NCBI GenBank assembly: GCA_023266845.1
Contig: JAHFPH010000003.1
Location: 1 to 59,617 of the forward strand
Direction of reading: 5' to 3'
Length of the DNA: 59,617 nt
From: Rhodospirillaceae bacterium
GTDB lineage: Bacteria; Pseudomonadota; Alphaproteobacteria; JAEULC01
A program made the translations under genes and the position numbers. Under the pieces are notes generated by a model. That model was not told where the DNA came from and made no database searches. It was given only the letters and a program-made list of their open reading frames with translations. Below are positions 25,930 to 35,419 of the stretch, piece after piece (position 1 is the stretch's first letter; each line of letters starts with the position of its first letter).

Positions 25930-27524
25930 CGCGCGTCTTCCAAAATCATGTCGGCGGCTTTTTCGCCGATCATGATGATCGGCGCGTTGGTGTTGCCCGA
26001 CACCACCGTGGGCATGACGGAGCCGTCCACCACGCGCAACCGGCCGATTCCGCGTACGCGCAGGCGCGCATCGACCACGGCGCGGCGGTCCTGGCCCATG
26101 CGACAGGTCGAGGTGGGATGGAAGATCGTGAGTCCCGCCGCACGGGCATAGTCCAGCACCTCATCGTCGCTGGCGACCGCGGGCCCCGGCGCGGTTTCGG
26201 CGGCGATCAAGGGAAGCATCGCCGGAGCCTGCATGATCTGGCGCAGGCGCTTGAAGCCCTGAACGATGGCCCGCCGGTCGGACTCGGTCGAGAGATAGCG
26301 CGGCTGGATCGCCGCCGCCGCCGCCGGGTCGGGCGACTTGATCCTGATCCAGCCGCGGCTTTCCGGCCGCAGCTGACATATCGACGCGGTGAATCCCGGC
26401 CAGGGATGTAAGCCCTCGCCCGGCCGGTCGGCGCTGAACAGAATCAGATGCACCTGGATGTCGGGCGTGGCGTGGCGCGGATCGCTGCGAAAGAAAGCGG
26501 CGCCATAGCCGGCGGCGAGGGTCATCGGCCCCTTGCCCTGCAGGATATAGCGCAGGCCGATGCCGAGCTTGCCGATGAGCGAGTTGTACTGGTCGTTGAC
26601 GGTGATCGGCTTGGTGCAGCGATAGAGCGCGCGTACCTGGAAATGGTCTTGCAAATCCTCGCCCACCCCTGCGAGGTCGGCGACGACCGGAATGCCGTGC
26701 GCGCGCAGCAAATCGGCCGGCCCCACGCCTGAGAGCTGCAGCAACTGCGGCGAATTGAACGTGCCGCCCGACAGGATCACTTCGCTGCGCGCGCAGGCGG
26801 TGTGCCGCTCGCCGCCCCGGACATATTCGACACCCACCGCCGCGCCGCCCTCGAACAGCACGCGCGCCGCAAGGGCCTCGGTGACGATCTTCAGGTTGGA
26901 CCGCTTACGCGCCGGGCGCAGATAGCCCACCGCCGTGCTCCAACGCCGACGGCCACGTGAGGTGGTCTGGAAATATCCCGCGCCTTCCTGCGTTGCGCCG
27001 TTGAAATCGGCGTTGCGCGGAATGCCGACCTGCCCGGCGGCGGCGATGAACGCTTCGCATAATTCGTGAGGCTCCGTGGGATCGGACACGCGGATCGGCC
27101 CGCCCGCGCCATGGAATTCGCTTTCACCGTGCTGCTGGTCCTCGGCTCTCTTGAAATACGGCAGCACGTCGCCGAACCCCCAGCCCGTGTTGCCCAGCTG
27201 CCGCCAATGGTCGTAATCCTCGCGCTGGCCGCGCATATAGACCAAGCCGTTGATCGAGGACGTGCCGCCGAGCGTCTTGCCGCGCGGCTGGAAGATGCGC
27301 CGGTTGTTGAGCTCGGGCTCGGGCTCGGTTTCGTACAGCCAGTTGATGCGCGGCTTCTTGAACAGCTTGGCGTAGCCGATCGGAATATGGATCCACGGAT
27401 CGCGGTCCGGCGGCCCGGCTTCCAGCAGCAGCACGCTGTGCCGGCCCGACGCCGTCAGGCGGTTGGCGAGCACGCAGCCGGCCGAGCCGGCGCCGACGAC
27501 GATGTAATCGGCTTGTTCGATCAT
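25926..27524 (-). CDS. GMC-family FAD oxidoreductase (choline/alcohol dehydrogenase-like)
   Basis: 532 aa. DYIVVGAGSAGCVLANRL FAD fold, GGTSSINGLVY, C-terminal HPTSTCRMG active-site block. Confidence 0.9.
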   Translation of the reverse strand: MIEQADYIVVGAGSAGCVLANRLTASGRHSVLLLEAGPPDRDPWIHIPIGYAKLFKKPRINWLYETEPEPELNNRRIFQPRGKTLGGTSSINGLVYMRGQREDYDHWRQLGNTGWGFGDVLPYFKRAEDQQHGESEFHGAGGPIRVSDPTEPHELCEAFIAAAGQVGIPRNADFNGATQEGAGYFQTTSRGRRRWSTAVGYLRPARKRSNLKIVTEALAARVLFEGGAAVGVEYVRGGERHTACARSEVILSGGTFNSPQLLQLSGVGPADLLRAHGIPVVADLAGVGEDLQDHFQVRALYRCTKPITVNDQYNSLIGKLGIGLRYILQGKGPMTLAAGYGAAFFRSDPRHATPDIQVHLILFSADRPGEGLHPWPGFTASICQLRPESRGWIRIKSPDPAAAAAIQPRYLSTESDRRAIVQGFKRLRQIMQAPAMLPLIAAETAPGPAVASDDEVLDYARAAGLTIFHPTSTCRMGQDRRAVVDARLRVRGIGRLRVVDGSVMPTVVSGNTNAPIIMIGEKAADMILEDAR

Positions 27525-27548
27525 GGCGGGGATTCGACTGGGAATTGC

Positions 27549-28196
27549 CTACAGGTCGCGAGTGCGGCGGGCCATGGCGCTGTCCCAGACCTTGTCGCGG
27601 TCCTCGTCGAAAATCAACTTGTTCTCCGCCGGCGCGGTGAACCAGTCGCCGCGCGACATTTCGTTTTCCAACTGCCCCGGCCCCCAGCCCGAATAGCCGA
27701 AAATCACGAGCTTGCGTTTCGGGCCCTTGCCCTGCGCGATGTCCTGCATGATCTCGCGGCTGGCGGTCATGGCGACATGCCCGGCGCCGATGGCGACGGT
27801 CTCGGGGCGGCGATACTCGGCGCTGTGCACGACGAAGCCGAGCTTGGGCTGCACCGGCCCGCCGACATAAAGCTGCACGCTGCCCGGGACGTCGGCGTCC
27901 GGCTCGCCAATCGACTTCAGCAGCTCCGACAGCGACCGCTCCTCGGAGGGCCGGTTGATGATCAGGCCGAACGCGCCGCTCTTGTCGTGCTTCACCATCA
28001 GAATCACGGATTGGGAAAAGCGCGGGTCGCCCATCGTCGGCGCGGCGATCAGGAATTGGCCGGCCAGCGATTTGTCGTCGTGCGCGGCATCGGGCTGCTG
28101 CACCGCCGCCACAGGCAAGGCCGCCAAAAGCGACAGCGCGATGGCCGCGCAGACCCGGCGCTTCGATCCGGTCGACAAGATCATGTGGTTCAGCAT
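27549..28196 (-). CDS. YqgE/AlgH-family protein (UPF0301) with signal-peptide-like N-terminus
   Basis: 215 aa. Family blocks: GQFLIAAPTMGDPRFSQSVILM, GLIINRP, GYSGWGPGQLENE. The N-terminus KRRVCAAIALSLLAALPVAAV looks like a Sec leader. Confidence 0.85.
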   Translation of the reverse strand: MLNHMILSTGSKRRVCAAIALSLLAALPVAAVQQPDAAHDDKSLAGQFLIAAPTMGDPRFSQSVILMVKHDKSGAFGLIINRPSEERSLSELLKSIGEPDADVPGSVQLYVGGPVQPKLGFVVHSAEYRRPETVAIGAGHVAMTASREIMQDIAQGKGPKRKLVIFGYSGWGPGQLENEMSRGDWFTAPAENKLIFDEDRDKVWDSAMARRTRDL

Positions 28197-28309
28197 AGCA
28201 CGGCCGCGCCGGGGAGCGCCTTGTTCCGCGATGCAAAACTAAATTCCGCAAGCGTTGACCCGGGCGCCGCGCCCTGCCACAGTCCGCAACGGGGAAACGA
28301 GCCAAGACC

Positions 28310-29212
28310 ATGCGACGACGCGCGACCGCCAGGCGGGCCGAGGCGCCGGCCGGCTCCATTTTCGACCTGAGCCGCCTGCGCGGCGACGCCGCGGCGTTGG
28401 CCGCGATCGCCGCCGAGGTGCAGGACGAGCCGCCGGACAGCGAGGTTTTCGGCGGCGACCGGCAATTCGTTACCGCCCTTGCTCGCGGCCTGGAAATCCT
28501 GCGCGCGTTCCGGCCGGGCGACGGGGCGCTGGGCAACCAGGACATCGCGCGCCGCACCGGCCTGCCCAAGCCGACCGTCTCGCGCCTCACCTATACGCTG
28601 ATGAAGCTGGGGCATCTGGTCTATCTCGAGCGCCTGGGCAAATACCAGGTCGGTCCCGCGGTGCTGTCGCTCGGCTATCTGGCGCTCAGCAACATGGCGG
28701 TGCGCCAGGTGGCGCGTCCGCATCTGCAGGCGCTCGCCGATTACGCCAACCTGCCGGTGGCGCTGGGCAGCCGCGACCGGCTCAGCATGATCTATCTGGA
28801 AACCGGGCGCGGCAAGGACACCATGACGCTGAGCCTGGATATCGGCACGCGCATTCCGCTGGCGACCACCGCGATGGGCCGCGCCTTCATCGCCGGCCTG
28901 CCGGAGCGCGAACGCGACTATCTGCTCGATCTTTTGAGCCGCCGCTACAAGACGCGCTGGCGGGCGTTGAAGCGCGGCATCGAACAAGCGATCCGCGAGG
29001 TCGAGGAGCGTGGTTTCTGCGCCTCGTTCGGCGATTGGCAAAGCGATATCTTCGCGGTAGGCGCGCCGCTATGGCTGCCGGACGGCGCGGGGCTGATGGC
29101 GCTGAACTGCGGCGCGGCGCATTTCCTGATCACGCGCGACAGGCTGGAGAGCGAGCTGGGTCCGCGGCTGGTGCGCATCGCGGCGTCGATCAGGTCGGGT
29201 CTCGGCGGCTAG
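28310..29212 (+). CDS. IclR-family transcriptional regulator
   Basis: 300 aa. wHTH region (ALARGLEILRAF..LGNQDIARRTGLPKPTVSRLTYTL) plus an IclR effector domain. Confidence 0.88.
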   Translation: MRRRATARRAEAPAGSIFDLSRLRGDAAALAAIAAEVQDEPPDSEVFGGDRQFVTALARGLEILRAFRPGDGALGNQDIARRTGLPKPTVSRLTYTLMKLGHLVYLERLGKYQVGPAVLSLGYLALSNMAVRQVARPHLQALADYANLPVALGSRDRLSMIYLETGRGKDTMTLSLDIGTRIPLATTAMGRAFIAGLPERERDYLLDLLSRRYKTRWRALKRGIEQAIREVEERGFCASFGDWQSDIFAVGAPLWLPDGAGLMALNCGAAHFLITRDRLESELGPRLVRIAASIRSGLGG

Positions 29213-29242
29213 AGTTGCGTTGAAACCGAAAGCGAGCGGGTC

Positions 29243-30454
29243 ATGGATTTCAGCTTTTCCCCTAAGGTCGAGGAGCTGTCGAAAAAGCTCACCGCCTTCA
29301 TGGACGAGAAGATCTATCCGAACGAAAAGCGCTTCCACGACGAGGTGGAAGCGGCGAAGGACCGCTGGGCCAATCCGCCGATCCTGGAGCAACTGAAGAA
29401 AGAAGCGCGTGCGGCGAGGTTGTGGAACCTGTTCCTGCCGGAATCGGATTACGGGGCGGGCCTGACCAACCTGGAATACGCACCGCTGTGCGAGATCATG
29501 GGCCGCTCGCATTTCGCGCCGGAAGTGTTCAACTGCTCGGCGCCGGACACCGGCAACATGGAGGTGCTGGCGCGCTACGGCGCCAAGGAACATCAGGAGC
29601 GTTGGTTGAGGCCGCTGCTAGAGGGCCGCATCCGTTCGGCTTTCGCCATGACCGAGCCGCATGTCGCCTCGTCCGACGCCACCAACATCTCGGCAAGAAT
29701 CGAACGCCAGGGCGACAGCTATGTGATCAATGGCCATAAATGGTGGTGCACCGGCGCCGGCGCCAGGGCTTGCGAAATCCTGATCGTCATGGGCAAGACC
29801 GACCTGAACGCCGCGCGCCACAAGCAGCAATCCATGGTGCTGGTGCCGCGCGACACGCCAGGCGTCAGGCTGGTGCGGCCCTTGAGCGTGTTCGGCTACG
29901 ACCACGCGCCGCACGGCCATTGGGAAGTGAAGTTCGAGAACGTGCGCGTGCCGGCCACGAACATCCTGCTGGGCGAGGGGCGCGGCTTCGAGATCGCGCA
30001 GGGGCGGCTGGGACCGGGCCGCATCCATCATTGCATGCGCGCGATCGGCGTGGCGCAGCGCTCGCTCGAGGCGATGGCCGCGCGCGCCAAGTCGCGAGTC
30101 GCCTTCGGCAAGCCGATCGCCGAGCACGGCGTGGCCGCCGACATGATCGCGCGCTCGCGCATCGAGATCGAGCAGGCGCGGCTTTTGGTGCTGAAGGCGG
30201 CCTATATGATGGACACGGTCGGCAACAAGGTCGCCAAGTCCGAAATCGCGATGATCAAGGTGGCGGTGCCGGAAATGGCATTGAAGGTGATCGACCGCGC
30301 GATCCAGCTGCACGGCGCGGGCGGCGTGGGGCCGGATTTCGGCCTGCCCGAGGCCTGGGCCAACGCCCGCACGCTGCGCCTGGTGGACGGACCGGACGAG
30401 GTGCACATCGCCCAGATCGCGCGGTTTGAGCTGCAAAAGTCGCCGCGGAATTGA
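29243..30454 (+). CDS. acyl-CoA dehydrogenase (FadE2 / ACAD10-11-like)
   Basis: 403 aa. Motifs: [22 protein letters not shown]-terminal [11 protein letters not shown] block. Confidence 0.9.
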   Translation: MDFSFSPKVEELSKKLTAFMDEKIYPNEKRFHDEVEAAKDRWANPPILEQLKKEARAARLWNLFLPESDYGAGLTNLEYAPLCEIMGRSHFAPEVFNCSAPDTGNMEVLARYGAKEHQERWLRPLLEGRIRSAFAMTEPHVASSDATNISARIERQGDSYVINGHKWWCTGAGARACEILIVMGKTDLNAARHKQQSMVLVPRDTPGVRLVRPLSVFGYDHAPHGHWEVKFENVRVPATNILLGEGRGFEIAQGRLGPGRIHHCMRAIGVAQRSLEAMAARAKSRVAFGKPIAEHGVAADMIARSRIEIEQARLLVLKAAYMMDTVGNKVAKSEIAMIKVAVPEMALKVIDRAIQLHGAGGVGPDFGLPEAWANARTLRLVDGPDEVHIAQIARFELQKSPRN

Positions 30455-30645
30455 GCCCTGCGCCGGCCCAAATTCCGCTTGTCGAAACAGTATTTCGCTT
30501 TCGTTGACGCCCGGCTTGCCCCCATGCAACCGTCGCTTGGAACCCGCGCTTAAAAGCCAAAAAATCAACGCGGGCCAGGGAGGGAAGCGGCGATGGATTC
30601 GCCCAGGATTGAGCCGCTTCGGCGCGCAGGGAACGCGCGCCGCCG

Positions 30646-31436
30646 ATGACCGCCGCGCTGAAGATCGCAACCGACGCGCTGCTCGAGGTGCGCGGCGTCA
30701 CCGTGCGCTTCGGCGGCATCGTCGCGCTGGACAACATCTCGTTCACCGTTGCCGAAGGCCAGATCGCCGGGCTGATCGGCCCGAACGGCGCGGGCAAGAC
30801 CACCGCCTTCAACGTGCTGTCGCGGCTGTACAAGCCGAGCGAAGGCGCCGTGCGCTTCGCTGGGCGCTCGCTGCTGGCCTTGGGCGCGCACCAGATCGCG
30901 GGCGCGGGCATCGGCCGCACCTTCCAGAACCTGGCCCTGTTCCGGTCGATGAGCGTGCTGGACAACGTGATCGTCGGCGCGCACGCGCGCGGCAAGAGCG
31001 GCTTTTTGGGCAACGCTTTCCGTGCGTCGCTCGGCCGGCGCGAGGAAAGGGAATTGAGCGAGACCGCCCGCGCCATGCTCACTTTCGTCGGGCTCGACCA
31101 TCTGGCCGAGCGCCCGATCGCGAGCCTGCCCTTCGGCACGCAGAAGCGCGTGGAGCTGGCGCGCGCGCTCGCGAGCAAGCCGCGCCTGCTGCTGCTGGAC
31201 GAACCCGCGGGCGGGCTGAACCACGAGGAAGTCGCCGAGCTCAGCGGCCTGGTGCGGCGCGTGCGCGACGGCCTGGGCATCACGGTCCTGCTGGTCGAGC
31301 ATCACATGGCGTTCGTGATGGGAATTTCCGACAAAGTGGTGGCGTTGGATTTCGGCCGCGTGATCGCCGAGGGCCCGCCCGCCGAGGTGCGTTGCGACGA
31401 GCGGGTGATCCGCGCCTATCTTGGAAAGGCTGAGGG

Positions 31437-31440
<4 letters not shown>
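30646..31440 (+). CDS. ABC transporter ATP-binding protein (LivG family)
   Basis: 264 aa. Walker A GPNGAGKTT, Walker B LLLLDEPAGG. ATGA overlap with the next gene. Confidence 0.9.
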
Positions 31441-32150
<710 letters not shown>

Positions 32151-32154
32151 CGCC

Positions 32155-33024
32155 ATGACCCAGCTCACGCAGCAAATCCTGTCGGGCGTCGCCACCGGCG
32201 CGGTCTACGCGAGCCTCGCCCTGGCGTTGGTGATGATCTATCAGGCGACCGAATCGGTGAACTTCGCGCAAGGCGAGATGGCGATGTTCTCGACCTATAT
32301 CGCCTGGACGCTGGTGCAGGCCGGCTTGCCGTTCTGGGCCGCGTTCCTTTTGACCGTGCTGATCTCGTTCATCGGCGGAGTGCTGATCGAGCGCGTCATC
32401 GTGCGGCCGGTGCACGACGCGCCGGTGCTGACCCATGTCATCGTGTTCATCGGCTTGCTGGTCATCCTGAACGCCGTGGCGGGCTGGATCTACACCTATA
32501 CCGTCAAGGAATTTCCCAGTCCCTTCCCGTCCAAGCCGCTGTTCGGCGGCGCCATCACCGGCCACGACCTGGGCGTGATCTGCGTGACCTTGGCGATGCT
32601 GATGCTGCTGTTCGCGTTCTTCCGCTTCACGCCGCTGGGTCTGGCGATGCGCGCGGCGGCGCAGAACCCCGAGTCGGCGAAGCTCGCGGGTATCCGCGTG
32701 GGCTGGATGCTGGCGATGGGCTGGGGCCTGGCCGCGGCAGTGGGCGCGGTCGCGGGCGTGATGGTCGCGCCGGTGCTGTTCCTCGACCCCAACATGATGA
32801 GCGGCGTGCTGCTGTATGCCTTCGCCGGCGCGCTGCTGGGCGGCATCTCCAGCCCCGGCGGCGCGGTGCTGGGCGGATTGATCGTGGGCGTGCTGGAAAA
32901 CCTGGTCGGCACATACCTGATCGCGAGCGAACTGAAGCTGTCGACCGCGCTCGCCTTCATCATCCTCGTGCTGGTGATAAAGCCCAGTGGCTTGTTCGGC
33001 CGCGTCGCGATCAAGCGGGTGTAG
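32155..33024 (+). CDS. branched-chain-amino-acid-type ABC permease (LivH family)
   Basis: 289 aa, polytopic. Motifs: VNFAQGEMAMF, GGISSPGGAVLGG. Confidence 0.9.
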   Translation: MTQLTQQILSGVATGAVYASLALALVMIYQATESVNFAQGEMAMFSTYIAWTLVQAGLPFWAAFLLTVLISFIGGVLIERVIVRPVHDAPVLTHVIVFIGLLVILNAVAGWIYTYTVKEFPSPFPSKPLFGGAITGHDLGVICVTLAMLMLLFAFFRFTPLGLAMRAAAQNPESAKLAGIRVGWMLAMGWGLAAAVGAVAGVMVAPVLFLDPNMMSGVLLYAFAGALLGGISSPGGAVLGGLIVGVLENLVGTYLIASELKLSTALAFIILVLVIKPSGLFGRVAIKRV

Positions 33025-33028
33025 CCGG

Positions 33029-34060
33029 ATGAGCGCGCCCGGCACCATCGTTTCCGCCCTGCCCGCCCAGCGCATCGCGGGCCTCGACGCCGATTTTTGG
33101 CGCCGCGTGCTGATCGCGCTGGCGGTCATGATCGCGGTGCTGCTGCCTTGGGCGGTCAGCGACTATCGCGTGTTCCAATTCACCCAGGCCGCGATCTATG
33201 CCGTGGCGCTGCTGGGCTTGAACATCCTCACGGGCTACAACGGACAGATTTCGCTGGGCCACGGCGCGTTCTTCGCGATCGGCGGCTACGCCGCCGCGAT
33301 CCTGATGCACAAGCTGGGCGTGCCCTATTACCTGACCATCGTGCCGGCCGGCCTTGCCGCTTTCGCCGTCGGCGTGCTGTTCGGCCTGCCGGCCCTCAGG
33401 CTCGAAGGCCTGTACCTGGCGCTGGTCACCCTGTCGATGGCGGTGGCGACGCCGCAATTCCTGAAATACTTCGACCATTGGACCGGCGGGTCGCAGGGCA
33501 TTCTGCTGCGCAAGCCAGCAGCACCGCTATGGCTGCCGATCGGCCGCGACCGCTGGCTTTACTACCAGGTGCTGATCGTGCTGCTGATCGCCTTTTGGGC
33601 GGGCAGCAATCTGCTGAAAAGCCGCACCGGCCGCGCGCTGGTGGCGATCCGCGACCATCCGATCTCGGCCGCCGCCATGGGCATCAACCTGCCGCTCTAC
33701 AAGACCTGCGCGTTCGGGGTCAGCGCGCTGTTCACCGGCATCGCCGGCGCGATGGCGGCGATCGTCACCGGATTCGTGGCGCCCGACAGCTTCAACGTGT
33801 TCCTGTCGATCTCGTTCATCGTCGGCTCGGTGGTCGGCGGCATCGCCACGGTCAGCGGCGCGATTTTCGGCGGCATCTTCATCCAGTTCATCCCGAACAT
33901 CGCCAACCAGATTTCCGACGCCGCGCCCTGGGCGATCTACGGCATGTTCCTTCTGGGATTCATGTACGTCATGCCCAAGGGCGTGGCCGGGTTCATCAAG
34001 GAACGCGCGATCAGATACCGCCAGGCGCGCGAAAGCGCCGACGCGGACGAAGCGAGGTAA
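33029..34060 (+). CDS. branched-chain-amino-acid-type ABC permease (LivM family)
   Basis: ATG 33029 lies 5 nt after the LivH stop; the track start at 32987 overlaps LivH. Polytopic, with a GQISLGHGAFFAIGGY block. Confidence 0.88.
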   Translation: MSAPGTIVSALPAQRIAGLDADFWRRVLIALAVMIAVLLPWAVSDYRVFQFTQAAIYAVALLGLNILTGYNGQISLGHGAFFAIGGYAAAILMHKLGVPYYLTIVPAGLAAFAVGVLFGLPALRLEGLYLALVTLSMAVATPQFLKYFDHWTGGSQGILLRKPAAPLWLPIGRDRWLYYQVLIVLLIAFWAGSNLLKSRTGRALVAIRDHPISAAAMGINLPLYKTCAFGVSALFTGIAGAMAAIVTGFVAPDSFNVFLSISFIVGSVVGGIATVSGAIFGGIFIQFIPNIANQISDAAPWAIYGMFLLGFMYVMPKGVAGFIKERAIRYRQARESADADEAR

Positions 34061-34101
34061 GGCGGAGAGTTTCTTGGCATGACAAAAGACGGAGGAAACC
34101 C

Positions 34102-35355
34102 ATGAACTTCGATCGACGTATCCTGCTGATCGCGGCCTGCGTGGTTGCGGTGGGCGCCGTTGCATTCGTGTTGCTCGGACCGCAAAAGCAGCCCGGGCCG
34201 CCGGTCGTCCAGAAAAAGTACGGGCCGGGCGCCAGCGACACCGAGATCAAGATCGGCAACATCAACCCCTATAGCGGCCCGGCCTCGGCCTATGGCGCGA
34301 TCGGCAAGGCGATCGGCGCGTATTTCGACAAGGTGAACGACGAGGGCGGCATCAATGGCCGCAAGATCAAGTACGTCACGCTGGACGACGCCTACAGCCC
34401 GCCCAAGGCGGTCGAGCAGGTGCGCCGGCTGGTCGAGCAGGACCAGGTGCTGCTGGTGTTCCAGAGCCTGGGCACCCCGTCGAACTCGGCGATCCAGCCC
34501 TATATGAACGAGAACAAGGTGCCGCAGCTTTTCGTCGCCACCGGCGCCACCAAATGGAACGACCCGAAGAACTTCCCCTGGACCATGGGCTGGCAGCCGA
34601 ACTACCAGACCGAGGCCCAGATCTACGCCAGGTACATCGTCAGCAACGTCAAGGAGCCGAAGATCGCGGTTCTTTTCCAGAACGACGACTACGGCAAGGA
34701 CTATCTTGACGGGCTGAAGCAGGGCCTTGGCAATGACGCAGCCAAGCTGATCGTGGCGACCAAGTCGTACGAAACCTCGGACCCCACGGTCGACTCGCAG
34801 GTCGTGGCGCTGATGAACAGCGGCGCCAACGTGTTCGTCAATGTCGCCACGCCGAAATTCGCGTCGCAGGCGATCCGCAAGGTGGCCGATCTGGGCTGGA
34901 AGCCGCTGCACATCCTGAACAACGTCTCGACCTCGGTCAGCGCGGTGCTGAAACCCGCCGGTCTCGAAAAGGCGGTCGACATCGTCACCTCCGCCTACCA
35001 CAAGGACCCGACCGACCCGCAATGGCAGAACGCCAAGGAGTACAAGGACTGGCTGGCCTGGATGCAGAAGTACAATCCGAATGCCGACCTGGCGAGCACC
35101 TTCAACGTCTATGCCTACAGCGTGGCGCAGACCCTGGTGCAGGTGCTGAAGCAGTGCGGTAACGACCTGACGCGCGAGAACGTGATGAAGCAGGCCGCCA
35201 ATCTGAAGAACCTCGAGATGCCGATGTTGCTGCCGGGCATCAAGATCAACACGGGGCCGAACGATTTTGCGCCGATCAAGCAGATGCAGTTGCAAAAGTT
35301 CGACGGTACGACCTGGCGCCTGTTCGGCACGGCGCTGTCGGTCGAAGGAAGCTGA
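34102..35355 (+). CDS. ABC transporter substrate-binding protein (Leu/Ile/Val-binding, type I PBP family)
   Basis: C-terminal 417 codons of the 752-aa track ORF. ATG 34102 follows a GGAGGA RBS. Hydrophobic N-terminal anchor. Blocks: IKIGNINPYSGPAS, YVTLDDAYSP. Confidence 0.88.
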   Translation: MNFDRRILLIAACVVAVGAVAFVLLGPQKQPGPPVVQKKYGPGASDTEIKIGNINPYSGPASAYGAIGKAIGAYFDKVNDEGGINGRKIKYVTLDDAYSPPKAVEQVRRLVEQDQVLLVFQSLGTPSNSAIQPYMNENKVPQLFVATGATKWNDPKNFPWTMGWQPNYQTEAQIYARYIVSNVKEPKIAVLFQNDDYGKDYLDGLKQGLGNDAAKLIVATKSYETSDPTVDSQVVALMNSGANVFVNVATPKFASQAIRKVADLGWKPLHILNNVSTSVSAVLKPAGLEKAVDIVTSAYHKDPTDPQWQNAKEYKDWLAWMQKYNPNADLASTFNVYAYSVAQTLVQVLKQCGNDLTRENVMKQAANLKNLEMPMLLPGIKINTGPNDFAPIKQMQLQKFDGTTWRLFGTALSVEGS

Positions 35356-35419
35356 GAGGGCGGCGATACCGGCGGGCCTTTCACGCGAAGGTCCGACGGC
35401 CGCCAAGGGGAAAAGAATC

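Noticed and set aside
33097-35355. 752-aa plus-strand ORF spanning the LivM gene and the binding-protein gene.
   Set aside because: The first ~335 codons are an out-of-frame read-through of the LivM gene. A GGAGGA RBS and ATG at 34102 give a normal 417-aa binding protein.
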